Assembly: GCA_002104905.1 (NCBI GenBank)
Contig: MCFE01000242.1
Span: 1-64,000, forward strand
DNA: 64,000 nucleotides
Direction of reading: 5' to 3'
Source of the DNA: Basidiobolus meristosporus CBS 931.73
Lineage: Eukaryota; Fungi; Basidiobolomycota
Part shown: positions 10,438-24,011 of the stretch, one piece after another
Layout of the letters: each line of letters begins with the position of its first letter
How positions within the stretch are numbered: the first letter of the stretch is position 1
Position numbers and translations under genes: made by a program
Notes under the pieces: model-generated
Seen by the model: the letters and a program-made list of their open reading frames with translations, nothing else
What the model was told of the DNA's origin: nothing
The model's database searches: none

Positions 10438-11858
10438 TGATGATGTGTTGCCCCGAGAACTCGCAGCTAAGAATCCCTTCTAGTAAGGATGTAGTGAGAC
10501 ATCTCAGATTTGTGAGATTTCATCGGAACAGAAATGGTATAACCCGGCACTATATATGTCACCATGCAATCTGATCATTGTGTGTACCCAGCATTGGCTC
10601 CGAAAACCGGATCCGGCATTCCATATTGGAGCCATTGGACTCAACTAGATACGAAATACTTGGTGGGCTTCAAAGGTGTTTCTAGGCCAGTCTTTTAATC
10701 AATTATAATATTGCAAACAGGTTTGATGCAAGTGCTCGCTACTTGGGAGTAATATTGGTGTGAGACGGCATCTGACCTTCAGCGTCCCCCTCGCTATTTA
10801 TTATAGATATTCCAGTTCTGTAGGATATTTGCATAGTTAATATGACAACTATGCCAGCGAAAATGAAGCTCTTTGCTGCATTCTTACCTCTGAAAGCTTA
10901 GGTTGCACAGAAGCCACATTGAAGTACACGGCAATTATAGCAACCCGATTTAAGGTACTCTACATCCCGGGTTTCTAAGCCATCTTTCCTGAGCTGCCCT
11001 CCATCAAGTCACAAACAAATATGACGTCGCTGATCTTGGATCCCCCGATCATGAATATAATCGACGAAAGTGCAAGAAAATGTTTACATATATAGCAAAC
11101 GTGCTAAGTTATGAAGTAGTTAAACGCGCCTGGGATGATTAAGCTATCTAGGGATTACGCGGCCCCAATTCGTTTCAGAATCATTAGAGCTCTTGAGCAT
11201 GCAAAGTTAACGCGGATGCGATGTTGCTTGGAACCACAACGTGAACAGGTATTCATGGAGTTAACACGAGGAATTTGCAATATGTTGGATCAAATTCCTA
11301 CAGGTCTAGACTCATTGGCCAATAAATGACAGTAAGACATTTTTAATACAACTTGATGGTAGTGATACAGTGCCATTTCGAATTTGCTAACCGAAATAGT
11401 GTTCGCTGATCTGGAGATGGGCTTGCTGAGGACTGCTGAAGAGGCAAATGTTTTGATTACCAACCAGGAATGCAAGGGTTAAGGCATTGAAAGCACAACA
11501 GCATTTCTTGACCTCTATGCTCTTGAATATTTCCAAGTATTTCTAGGATAGCTCCTTGGTAGCACTTGTTACTTAGCTAGCAAGCAATTGAATTTTATTC
11601 AGAACCAGTTGGAAAATTGATTATTATTTTTATATTGAAATATCCAATCCAGCAAGGTGATTCTTCCCAATCAATTCCTTAGCCTCTCAGGTAGATACTG
11701 GATGTGATACGCCTATTATGGAAAAGCCATAAATCCCATCATTCTTTTCACGCCTTTTAGGGCAACATTTAGCATCTGAATTAGGTGGCTGTTAAAGTTA
11801 GAAACCAGCTCACCTCACCCTCCTTAGCCCTTCTACCCCCTCAAACCCACAGCTTATT

Positions 11859-14736
11859 ATGAACCCACTCGACGGAGCAAAACGTATTGTCCATTTTAAT
11901 TTAATTTTATTGAGTTCTTTGTGCTTACTGACATTGTACCTGCTTTTTAATTTCCGTCTCGGATTCCACCATCGATACGGCTAATCCACTATCGCTATAT
12001 TTCGTGGTGATAACTCAACAGCGCTCACAGAACAGCCACCGAATCCTGAGATCCATAACGACCTGACTCACAACTGTATAACCCGATTCCCCCAAGAATT
12101 GTTAACTTCCACGACAGAGACCTCGAGCGACTATTGCCCACCAAAATCAACAAGTAATCCCCCCGAATCTAACTATAACGTAACCACTCCTATATCTCTC
12201 AAGAAAAGCGGTTCCTCTCGACACTCTCGTCGTAGAAGTTTTCTATCCTACTTCACCAATTTCTCACCCATGAAAACTGTCTCTGAAAAAGATAGCTCCT
12301 CGATAATGAGCCAACCGGAAATAACCATCTTGAATGAATGTGGTGATGCACAGAGTATCCCTGAAGAAGGAGATAGCCAATCGCAACAGGAAACACTAGA
12401 TCCAGAGGAAGTAGAGCTGCTGGAAAAAGCCTCAGAGACTGCCCAAAAGCTGTATGAAGATGACGATTTCATGAAGCGAGAAGAAATAGCAGAGTTTCTT
12501 GGCAAAAGGTGAGTAGAATGATTCCGAGATGAGGCCAGGTGAGGCTACTTAACTTTATGCTTTCTAGGGGCAAACTCAATTCCTTGGTTTTACAAAAGTA
12601 TATGGACCACTTTGATTTCACAGGGATGAGGCTTGAAAAGGCTTTTCGGTAGGGATAGCAAGATGATACGGTAAGGCTCTATAATTCTAACTCACATTAT
12701 CTCTAGATTCTTCTGCTCCTGTTTATTCTTACACGGTGAAGCACAAATCATTGACCGTATTTTAAACGAGTTCTCCAGAAGGTACTGGGAGTGTAACAGG
12801 GGTGGAGTTCTGTCAGATCACGGTATGTGCTTTGGTTGAAACAAAATTTCACAAACATATAGCCAACACCATTTATCAATCAAGACACCATCTACACCGT
12901 TGTGTATTCTTTACTGCTGTTGAACACTGACCTCCATGTGGCCAAATCAAACCATAAGATCAGCAAAAATGAGTTTGTAAAAAACACCTTAGCAACGGTT
13001 CGAGCATGTCACTTCCTTGACGGAGAGAGCGATACTGTCAACTCCACTATCGAAAGTACACACAGCGACCGCGCTAGTATCAACAGTAAAGCCAGCCGAC
13101 ATAGCAACACTGGTGAGGACGACCTGGTCACGTTGTTGAAGGTATATCTCGGCCGCCAGATCCAAATGATCTAGCACTAATTGACCGTTCAACAGGAAAT
13201 GTACATATCAATTAAACACAACCAGATTCCGCAACCAAACGATCGTACTACTACCAGAAGAAGATCGTCCTCATTTGTTGGGACATTTGGCGGCTTTGGT
13301 TTTCAAAGATCCTCCTCTGCCAGTGCTTTGAGGCGCGCCACCAGCCGACCAGGATCGCGCTCCTCTTTTGATGTATGTGATTGCTCATCCTGTCCAAATA
13401 TTTTCTTCGACTTACACGATGGCTTGCAGATGAATCGCGATTTCGGGAGAAGCTCGCTACAACTGCCAAGCGCGTCGACCACCTCCAAGCCATCCAGGCC
13501 CTCATCGCCAGTAGAGAGGGGGGTCAATGCTGTCACCCTATCGGTCAACAACGAAGATATCCGGTACACCAAGTTGGGCATGGTAACAAGAAAGCACCTG
13601 TTCGAGAAAGCCAACAAGAAGGCCTCAAATCGACAATGGAAAGACTGCTTCGTCGTTGTTGACAAAGGGGATTTCAAGATGTACAAGGCAGATCGGGGAA
13701 AATTGGGGGCTGAGTTTTCCGAGGTATTTTAAGCACGCTGTAGTCACTCCATATTACATCGCTCACAGGCTTCCCACCTTTAGGATTGGGCTTCGCAAAT
13801 GGGCCAAATATCTTTACGTCATACACTGTCTTCTGCGCTTCCCCCTCCAGGCCACTCGGCCGCCAGGCCATATGTATTTGCTCTACAGCTGCCCAATGGT
13901 GGAGTATACTTGTTTCAAGCCAGCACGGCGGAAAAAGTGCAAGAATGGGTTTTTGTGTGCAACTACTGGGCGGCTTGTGAAAGCAAAGAGCCACTCTCTG
14001 GAGGCGTGTCCAATTTAGACTATGGGTGGGGGAAAACTGACGAGCAACTCATACCTCTGCATAGATCCTTTAGTGTACCATTGCCACCCGGATATGACTC
14101 GAACGCAATCCTTCACGACTGGACTGAACCCAGTAACCCCATGGTGAAGTCCCCGCTGAACAAGGTTAGTGACGCTTCGTCTTGTTTCCGTAAGTCGCAC
14201 CTATCCCTCAACACTACTTGCTTAGCTACAACAACACGAGAATCTGTCGAGGCATGTTAGTAACCTTGAGAAAGAGTTGGACCAGCACATGAAATTGCGA
14301 GAGATATTGGAGATTCGGGTAGGTTGCTACATTGACAAGAGGCTTAACAACATTGATTAACCTAACCCATTGCCAGTTCTCCCCGAAATCTCCAAACATG
14401 GCAAAGGCTTTCTCGAACTATGAGAAGAAGTCGCAATACATCTTGCGCGAGTTGATCAAATATCAAACATATGTAGACTGTCTGAAACGAGCCCTCGATG
14501 AAGAGAATGAGGAAGCAGTGGGCAAAGCAAGCGATAACTCTAAAGATTCAACCGGCGACATTAAAATAGAATCCCCACCACCGTCGTATCTGTCGTCACC
14601 CTTGTCAAGCTCTTCACTGACATTGGACGATGTAAGTAGCGAAGAGACTGAGCACACTGTGATCGACAAGATGAAACATCTTAGAGTTGGCGACAGAGCT
14701 CGGCCACGACTTAACAGTCATGCTTCGTGGTCCTGA
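11859..14736 (+). CDS. Sec7 + PH domain ARF guanine-nucleotide exchange factor (Syt1/Yel1/EFA6-like), multi-exon
   Basis: Sec7 motifs LHGEAQIIDRILNEFSRRYWECN and YSLLLLNTDLH; PH domain KLGMVTRKHLFEKANKKASNRQWKDCF and VYLFQA..EWVFVCNYWAA. Confidence 0.9.
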
Positions 14737-14986
14737 ATGTATTTCTAGCCCACCACACCCTTCATTTGATATGAATCGGCGCCCAAGTGTAAATTAGTTT
14801 TGTTCATTTACAGAGAACACCCACTACGTAGACGATAATCGAGGCAAAACGAATTACCATTATGTGATTTGTATATATGATACGTATGAGGCGAAATTCC
14901 TCTAATTTTCTATTGAATATAATATTAACATTGATGGCTCTAAATACAACCAAATAAACCTTGTTTACAGGGGGTGGAAAGTATGA

Positions 14987-15680
14987 CTATACTACGGTGC
15001 GAACCCTCGCATTCTGGTAAGGTGAGAATCGAGTGTGCGCCTTGGGTCGCGATGGCTCTTTGGCTACGTGACGGGGCTCCTGGTTAGATAAGGAGATGGT
15101 GTCCCCGTCAATGCTCCCGAACAGTAGCATCATCCACCAAGTAAACAGCGATGGTGTCATGTACAGTCGATAATTCAGGAGCTCCAGGAAGATTCGCTCG
15201 TTGCTGTTGATCTCCTGCACGCATAGCCCAGTAATACGAGCCCATCTAGTATTAGGCAAGCTTCGATCCTCCAGATATTTCGATGCGGTAATGATAGCGG
15301 CGACGAACATTCTGCGGCCCGACCCGCAGGCTTTACGATGATGCAAACAATGGCATTTGGACTGCATATTCTCTAGGTTTGAACAGCTTTTGAATCGGAA
15401 AAGATAGACAAGAGTGACTAGTAAAGTGGAGAAGGAAGCGCCAGAGCGCCGTAGAACCTCCTGGATGAAAACACGCAAGGGGATTGCTCTAGGGTCCACA
15501 GGCTCGTTAGACCATATGTACTCAATGATCCTCACTGTGATATCTAAACAAAGGGTCAGTCACCACACACGGAAGCTACAGCGACAGAACAGAAGCACTA
15601 CCTATCAGAGCTTCGGTGGGAGATTTCGCACTGGGCGATCTGATGATCATGTTACAGCAGGAATGGCTTTGATTTGGCAT
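14987..15680 (-). CDS. Pho85-type cyclin (Pcl/Clg1-like), 2 exons
   Basis: Cyclin box LRVFIQEVLRRS..TLLVTLVYL..RRMFVAAIITASKYLEDRSLPNTRWARITG..EINSNERIFLELLNYRL. Spliced 5' exon MPNQSH.. starts at 15680. Confidence 0.88.
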
Positions 15681-15687
15681 TATGCAA

Positions 15688-15708
15688 CTACAAAGAGGTC
15701 GATAGCAT
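15688..15708 (-). promoter_or_regulatory. Short upstream ORF (MLSTSL*) ending 7 nt before the cyclin ATG
   Basis: Minus strand reads ATG CTA TCG ACC TCT TTG TAG ttgcata ATG CCA. Confidence 0.45.
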
Positions 15709-16685
15709 GTTTGTCTGCCCGCGAACAGATGCCAGATACTTATAGTCGGTGTGTCTACCGGTATCCCAAGTATTGGTTGGGTATTTCTTTTACCCTTTCA
15801 GCACATTAATTTTCCGAAATTTTCATCAGGACGGGTATTCAATCGATTCCGATGAGCGCCATTGATTGCCATGTGCTTCCATATTGCATGGGAGCGGAGG
15901 GACGGAAAGCAGGGATTCCCCATAAATGACCAAGGTGGGGTGGTTCAATCTAAAGGCTTACTGACCTAGATTGTAGCCTCTGTAAGCAACCGGATGCTCG
16001 CCGATTTATCCGATGCATAGCTGGATTACTGGTCATTGTGGGCTTTGATATGTATGCTTAAATTATTATTAAAAATGCGCCTCTTCTGGACTAGATTGTG
16101 ATAAGTCTAGACAGAGACACCTGATCATACAATAGAGTTCACAAAAAGGTGTCGAGGCTATATATGCCAAGTGGCCCCTCCCTCGCTTCGGTTAATATTT
16201 ATTCTGGAATAACGCGGAGAACAACTTCGGATGCATGACTCAGTGGCCCATTTGTGAAGCCGTCCAGAATGAATGCTATCCCGGTTGCACAAGGATTAAG
16301 CTTTGAAATAGAAGGCTGATTAAGAGTTGTCGTAGTTTATGACTGTTTACATTTCTTTTTATATTGTCAATAACAACATTGATGGCATTCCCCGTCGTGA
16401 TTCTAACCAGTGACAATACTGAGCCCGAGATACACATCAACAAATCATTCTGTTTGTTGATCAGAGTGTCACGAATAGTGCATTCATGAAATAATAATAA
16501 CTCTTTTACCAAGCTTGAGATACTTCGTTTTAATCGCGACACGCGCTTAAGTTGACTGTTACATACGCGCCTTCTATTATTCCTGAACCATAGCTCTGGC
16601 AACGTATTTCCTTCGAAGAGCCTATTTTGTCAGCTAATATATTCCCAATCCATTCGTTCTAAATTGTAATTTTCTTCATTGGAAG

Positions 16686-19600
16686 ATGGTTACTGTCGAA
16701 ATTCCTCTCGTGAGTATTGCCATTCACTTCCTAGTATACCAGGTTGTTCACCATCTTCATCTCTTCAATTTCAGCGCCCTTTACCTAAGGTGGATGTAGT
16801 AGATGGTGATGAAGTTGTTGCCACCAGTGTCAGAAGATCTACTAGAGCTAGAACCCTGAGACAGCCTCAAACAACACGTGAGTTCAAAGCAAAGAATACC
16901 GACTTTTTTTATTGTTTACTGAACTTTATTTCTTGGCAATAGAAGAACTAGACTCTTCTGAAGAGTCGTCTTTCTCCGAACCTGAGTTTGTTACACCAAA
17001 GCGCAAAGGTCGTTCAAAAGCTGTCGGCTCTGTTGGGGCTGCAGTAAAAACCCCTAGCTCCACTCCACGACGCGGTAGAAAACCCAAAAATGCTGCAACC
17101 GTCGCCGAGTCTAGAAGAAGGCCTCAAGCTCCTCACCGTTACAAGGAGCAACAACATAGTGGGTCTGTTGATTCGACACTTTACGGTAATTTCTTACAGT
17201 GTTCGAATGCAGTATTGTTCCGCAGCTTATTCACCACTACTTTTTCAGACGCAGTATTGGTTCATGGAAGTGCATTGACTACCACTGTATCCGATTGGAT
17301 TGAATCATATCAAGCCGACAATCTGGAAGCGTTGGTTCAACTGATCAACTTTTTAATCAAAGTAAGTTTTTTCATTTTCATATCGTGCAAGCAGTCCGTT
17401 AATGAATCATCCTTAGGCCTGTGGTTGTCCAGGCGCCATTACCCGAGATGCTATTGAAAACAACGATGAAATAGTCGATTTGCTTCACGACTTGCAAAAC
17501 GATTTTGACCCAGTAAGAGCGCAGCGATACTAGTAACACAGCTGCTGTGACACATCTCTAACTCTTTAATGCTAATCCAGAATGCCAATACTGAATATCC
17601 GCTCGTTTCTAAAAACAAGCAATTTAAGAAATTCCGCAAAAACCTGATAGAATTCTTCGATCGTCTTGTTCAACAAGGCAAACATTCCATCTTATATGAT
17701 GGAATGTTTATGGAAACTCTGGAGTCTTGGATTATTGCGATGTCAAGGTAGAACATGGATTCATTGCTATTTGACAATAGGATGTTAATCCTATTCCTCC
17801 TGCACTTCAGTTCGTTGTTCCGCCCTTTCCGTCACACTGCTGCTATTGTTGCGTTGAACATCGTTACTTCATTGTGTAATGTTTGTCAAAACATTCAGGA
17901 TGAGCTGAATACTGCCAACAGACAACTTGCTACCGAGCAAAAGAAAAGAAGAACCAAGAATGACCGTGAAAGTCAACTTTCTTCAAAGGCGGATGAACTC
18001 CACAACAAAAAAATCACTCTCGAGTCTTACCTAACAGACTTCTTTGATGGGTACGTCTATACTCTCCGAAACGATGCATCTAATGGAATACCATCTTTAA
18101 CTTTCTCTTTAGAGTCTTTGTACATAGATACCGCGATGTCGATCCTATACTTCGTACCGAGTGCGTTAAGGAGCTGGGAAATTGGATTTCAAGGTACCCT
18201 GATCATTTTATGGACGGAACGTATCTTAGATATATTGGCTGGGTTCTTTCCGATAAGGTAATTCAAATTGTCGCATAGTGTTTGTGTTCGTCATGCTAAC
18301 TCCATCGTTCTAGTCTGCCAGTACTCGTCTTGAAGCTGTTAAAGCCATGACCAAGCTCTATGGATTCGAGAGTCTTATTGGCGGATTGCGAAACTTTACA
18401 GAGCGTTTCAAGCCTAGAATCCTGGAAATGTCATTGAGAGAGTCCGATGCATCAGTCAGAACTGCTACCATCGCCCTCATTACTCATCTCTCTAAGCATG
18501 GCATGTTAGAGGATGAAGATCGTGACGCTTTATTCCCACTGGTCTTCCAAAACGAGCCAAAAGTTCGACGTGCCGTTGCTCCCTTTATCAATCAATCTTT
18601 GTATGACGATGTTATCAACGATATTATCGCTGAATCCCAGTCTTCTTTTAGCTCGGACCCGGAAACCAAGGAAACACAGGAGCAATGGGTTGCACTAAAG
18701 ACTATCGCTAATTTCTTGACCAAATTTAAAGATGTTGTCTCATCAGAGGGGGCCACTGTTGATCCCACTGAGGAGGATAGCAACCCAGACCGAGTCATCA
18801 TGGACGGTAAAGCGTTGGAGCATCAAAGCAGAATTATCGCCGCCGTTGAAGCACTCTGGGATGAGATGGAGATTCTTCGAAATTGGAAGTGCATGGAAGA
18901 ATACTTGTCTCAAGATCACTCCTCTTCCAACACAGCCAACAGCACCCCGATTGATTCGGTATTTAGATTGTCTGAAGAAGAAGAATCCATTCTACTCGAA
19001 GTGTTTGTGGAGTCTCTGAAGTTGTCCATCACTGGAAAAACCAAATTCGGTCGCTTTGGCCGAGAGATCAAGAAAGTTGAGATAGACACTGAAGCTCGTG
19101 ACGCCATTTCTCGTCACCTAGTCAATTCTCTTCCTACTTTGTTCGCCAAATTCTCTCCGGATGCAAACCGTGCTGCGCAGGTTGTCATGTTGCCACAGCT
19201 GATGAACCTAGACATGTATAATGAACTCCGCATGAGCAAAGCTTATGAGGCTTTGATTGACGAGCTCACAAAAATCTTCCTCAAGCACACCGATCCCACA
19301 GTACTCTTCCGAACATCCGAGACTTTTAAACATTTGAATGGATTCGAAGGCTATTCTTCCGACCAAGCGCTCAAACTCAAAGAGATGGAAGAATCAGTTA
19401 TTTCCCTTGCTCGAGAAGAATGCAGTCGTCCGGATTTGGCCTCTGCAGAGCTGTCGGATGACGAGCTACATGTACTCTCCGCCTCGTTGCGTCGTTTGGA
19501 GCAACTCATTCGCTTTATGGATCTTTCACAGCCGTTGGAAGAGATGAAGGAAGAGAACTCTATCTATGAATTGCTTGGCAGGGTTTTAGAACGCAGTAGC

Positions 19601-21081
19601 CTCTTGAACGAAGCCGAGGACCCAGTAAGTGATGTCGGAATGCTGGCGCAAAATCCAATACTGTTTAACTAATTTGAAATCTAGATTATCAACACCTGTT
19701 TAGAGACCCTCTATCGGTTTATTCTGTGGAAATGTTTCTCCGTTTCGAAAGAAAAGAACGCCAGCGAGCAGGTTATAGATGATCTAATCAAGAAGAGGGA
19801 CTGGGTTGTTGGTAGATGTACCAAGCTCATATTGGGCGATCGCAATGCTAACAGAAGTGTCCGACGCATGGTAAGTGCATCACATCATTGATATAATCAG
19901 CATTCAAGTACCAACACATATTTTGTTAGGCCTTCCTGACTCTAGCTAACCTTTTATGGCTATTCACGGGGGATATCACACACCCCTCCAATGGCGAGCA
20001 TTTTGCCAAATTGGCTTTCAGATGCCCCGAAGACATCCAGGAGCAGCTGGCTCGTTTCGTGGAGATTGAAATTGAAAACTGGGAGGAAAAGATTTCACAT
20101 GAGCAAAATAATGATGAATCAAACGAGGAATCCGAAAATGAAGACGAAGAGTCCGACCATCACATGAAGCGATACAAATTTGGTGACTCTGATCCCGTTG
20201 GGAAACATTGCTTTATGGAGGTGATTGGCAACTTTGTGCGGATGCTCATGCTAAATATCTTCAATATAAAGCATGCAAATATTATCCTGCCGCACTACAA
20301 TCGCTTTGGTCCAGTATACGACGAGGTCGTCAAAGCATTGATTGAAGATACCATGAGAGTCCTTCTCGTGCGTACCAGCATGACCAGCACTATCCTGGGA
20401 CTGTATCTAGAATCTTTACAAAAGTCGTTTGAAGTGCACCTTCGCAATAACTCGGCCAAATTCCCTCGTACCATGTCACTAGCCCGCCTCTACAGCAATA
20501 CCACCAAAATCGGAGGCTTCTATATCCGCGATATGCTTGAATTCCACAAAAATAGCATCATCTACATTTTCTCCAAAATGGCTGGCTACCAAAGGATTGG
20601 CAACCAGACCAACCGTAATGCAATGTTGCAATTCTTCAAGGTCATGAAATACTTCTCGGATGGCTTGAGAGCGAAGGATGTCAGCATGCTTCTGAAGCAT
20701 TTAGAGGATACGATGGAGGAGAACTTCCTTGCTGTTCGAGAAGGAGCTAAGGAATGGGAGCCATATTTCGCGTATGTTAAGCAGCTGGACAAGAAGTCCA
20801 TTGTGAATCGCTTTGAAGCCGTCGTCGTAGAGAAAACACCAAAGGCTCCTCGCAGTGCAGAGAACGAGCAAGAGAACGGGGATGAAGCCACTCAAGAAGA
20901 ACCAGACAACGCAATGGACGTGGACCAAGAGGCATCGACGCCTGCACCTGAAGAGGCGGATGCACAGTCAGATGACAACGGTGAAAACGCAGACGATATT
21001 GAGCCCCGTGGTGTGAAACGTATCTTGGATGATGAGGATGACAATTCGAGTGATGAAGCAAAGCGGCTTCGTGTTGAGTAA
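16686..21081 (+). CDS. SCC3: Cohesin subunit SCC3/STAG (Psc3/Rec11 family), multi-exon
   Basis: STAG domain (EYPLVSKNKQFKKFRKNLIEFF; LFRPFRHTA); SCD (YRDVDPILR..GWVLSDK); acidic C-tail. Confidence 0.93.
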
Positions 21082-21249
21082 ATTTTGGGCATGATTTTAT
21101 GATTAAATCAGTGTAGATATGAAAAGATCAAAAAAGATCAATTAATGCTTGCAATAAAGTTCTTGCACATCTGTTTATCCATCAATCATTGTGTTGCGTC
21201 ACTCCCTTCATGGAGTATAAAGGTACGGGTGTTGTACAATTCCGCATCG

Positions 21250-21627
21250 ATGAAGGGGAGAAAGAATACGCGAAAGAAGGCGACCAAGAAGGCCGAAACT
21301 GGTGAACTCGCAACACCTGGGCTGTTGTTTCCTGTTGAGGCGGTGCTGGAAAAGATGAGATCATTCAGTAGAATGGACGTGACTCTGGACGCGGGGATCT
21401 ATATTACCTCCATGATTCAACATGTGGTCGAGGATATTTTGGATGAAGCCGTATACAAGGTGCACAACGCTGGAACTGGCCGAATCATCCCCAAGGACAT
21501 CAACGAAATAATTAAGCATGACAGTGAGTGGTCTCAGCTGTTCAAGAATGTTGTGATTGCACAAGGGGGCAGATGTGACCTAGCCGCACAGAATACCAAC
21601 CATTGCTCTACTTCTAATCAGCGCTAA
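21250..21627 (+). CDS. Highly divergent histone H2A-like protein (C-terminus may be spliced differently)
   Basis: GLLFPV..RIIPKDI..IKHDSEW..VVIAQGG align with H2A GLQFPV..RIIPRHL..IRNDEEL..VTIAQGG; basic N-tail. Confidence 0.8.
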   Translation: MKGRKNTRKKATKKAETGELATPGLLFPVEAVLEKMRSFSRMDVTLDAGIYITSMIQHVVEDILDEAVYKVHNAGTGRIIPKDINEIIKHDSEWSQLFKNVVIAQGGRCDLAAQNTNHCSTSNQR

Positions 21628-21867
21628 CCAACATATCTCCTTTGCGATTATTTAGCAGCAGAAATAGGCAGTTGTGGTCAACCCTCCACACACTGCCAAT
21701 GATACAAACAATCTGTCCAAATATGTAGAAATGTATATATTGGCACTTTGACAAGCTTCACAAACAATCCAATAAAATCCTGGCGAAAGGCCGAGTAAGC
21801 TAGTAAATTTTATCGTTTCACTCCCTTCTATCAACCACTATCCACTCTACTCACGTGCTTTTGACAA

Positions 21868-22311
21868 ATGACCCCCTCGCGGCAGTCCATTTACGTGGGG
21901 CTTTTTCTTGTCGTCGTCGGAACTGGCTTGTACCTACTGAGTCCACGCCTCCAGCAGGGGTGCACCGCAGAGTGCGAATTCTGCTATCACGCCGAAGCAA
22001 GTACGGCTTCCCTGAAGCCGGCCAGTGTCGGCATTCAGGAGTATTCCTGTGCTTCAGAAATCATGAAGAACTGCCAGGACACTTGCAAATTTGCACTCGT
22101 GGTGATCCTGAAGTTCCTCGGGGTAGTCTTGGTTGTTGGAGGAATTGCAACCAGCCTGAAAGAAAGGATACAGGTGTGTTGGAGTGATCCAGTTTGGGAC
22201 ACCCCGACGCATGATCGAACTGAACGAGCGAGACACGTACCCACACCTATCAAAGCTGACCTCGCTAAAGGCTCAACAACAGCCTCTCTACTCACAACTA
22301 TCACAAATTGA
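21868..22311 (+). CDS. Orphan small protein with two TM helices and a 6-Cys loop
   Basis: 147-aa ORF; hydrophobic stretches at ~aa 8-24 and ~75-95; loop C-x3-C-x2-C-x21-C-x7-C-x3-C. Confidence 0.6.
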   Translation: MTPSRQSIYVGLFLVVVGTGLYLLSPRLQQGCTAECEFCYHAEASTASLKPASVGIQEYSCASEIMKNCQDTCKFALVVILKFLGVVLVVGGIATSLKERIQVCWSDPVWDTPTHDRTERARHVPTPIKADLAKGSTTASLLTTITN

Positions 22312-22645
22312 GGAGGAAGTTTAACCTGCATATTGTAAATTTTAATACCTTCTCTCCATCTCAACCACTTTCTCTTGTATTTTCCGTACCATGCCTGTAA
22401 TATTTCGCACACCACCCAGTAGTAAAGTGCCATACTTTGCCCATATGCGCTCGATTTATTCAAGTCAACTCGTTAAGGGATATGAAGGTGCCTCTAGACT
22501 GATGCAACACACCTACGAACATGCTCCCATACTGTTTACTAGCTGAAGGTCATATGAAGAGGAAATATGGGTTGAGATCAAGGAATCTTTAATACAGTTG
22601 TGTAAATTAATTAAATGTAACAAATGTGAGTGGAGCGAAGCCAAC

Positions 22646-23626
22646 TTAGTTTTCCTCCTTCTTGTCCTCCTCGGTCTCCATCTCATCTTTGTTCTCAGCT
22701 GTTTCCGAGTCTTGGATGTCGGAAGTCCAGAGAGTAAGGTTGTCTCTCAACAATTGCATGATAAGTGTACTATCCTTGTAGGATTCTTCGCTCAAAGTGT
22801 CAAGTTCGGCGATGGCATCATCGAAGGCTTGCTTGGCAAGGTGGCAAGCACGGTCGGGAGAGCTGAGGATCTCGTAGTAGAATACGGAGAAGTTCAAGGC
22901 AAGACCCAAACGGATAGGGTGGGTAGGTGCGAGCTCGGTGACGGCAACATCGCTAGCAGACTTGTAAGCCTCCAAAGACTTCTCAGCGGTTTCGTTACGG
23001 ATGCTTTCGGCAGCAAACTCGGAGAGATAACGATAGTAATCACCCTTCCTATATTCGATGAACGAAAGTTTAGTCGTGAACAAGTGAAGTCTTATACGAT
23101 TGATCCGACTTACATCTTGAGGTAGAAGACCTTGGATTCGCCGTTGCTAGCCTTAGGAACAAGGTGCTCGTCAAGAACCTTCAGAATATCTTCGCAAATC
23201 TCAGTGAGCTCTTGTTCGATCTTGTTTCTGTAGGTCTTGATCTTGGTGACTTGGGCTTCGTTACCCTTGCTCTCCTCCTTTTGTTCAATGGAGGAGACAA
23301 TACGCCAGGAGGCACGACGAGCACCAATGACGTTTTTGTATGCAACGGAAAGGAGATTGCGCTCCTCAACGGAGAGCTCTTCATTTCCGGCAGCAACAAG
23401 CTTCATGCTCTCAACCATCTCTGGAAATGAGGAAACAAGTTTAGTCTCAGGCTATTCAGGGGAGATGAGGCCCAGATGATGAACTCTTCATAAAAACCGC
23501 GAGAAAAAGGAGCCCAACGAAAGCTACAAAGAAGATGAATCACTTTACGGAACACGTACCATCGTATCTCTCAGCTTGCTCAGCGAGCTTGGCCATGTAA
23601 ACTTGATCGGCTCTAGTAGCTTCCAT
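22646..23626 (-). CDS. 14-3-3 protein (paralog 1), 3 exons
   Basis: [13 protein letters not shown]; [25 protein letters not shown]; [20 protein letters not shown]; [12 protein letters not shown]. Confidence 0.97.
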
Positions 23627-24011
23627 TTTTTAAGGGTAAGAAGAAAAGAAAATAATAACAGTAAAAGTTGGCAGAAGGAGTGGTTTTAAAAGATGGAAGG
23701 GATGAAGCCAGCGATAAATACAGGGAAATCATGACGAACAAGGGCCACAAAAATGGGATCATCAAGAACGTCATCCCTCATAGAGCAATATGGCTATCGA
23801 TGCATGCTTATTGACGAATAATAATCATGCAACAGCAATGATTTCTTGTAAATTACTCTCGCTGCAGGACCCCATAATACTTTCAAGCGCTTATCTATCA
23901 CCTTCTTATCATGTTTCTGGTGGAGAATATTATGGAACGCCTGAGCACTAAATTGGATTAATCAAAATTTTGTTTATCAGAAATGAGGAGCTAGATCGTT
24001 TGGGTAGAGGT

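Noticed and set aside
16276-16602. 108-aa minus-strand ORF head-to-head with SCC3
   Set aside because: TTG start, no recognisable motif and no consistent splice model; may be promoter sequence.
22598-23125. 175-aa plus-strand ORF
   Set aside because: Antisense shadow of the 14-3-3 gene.
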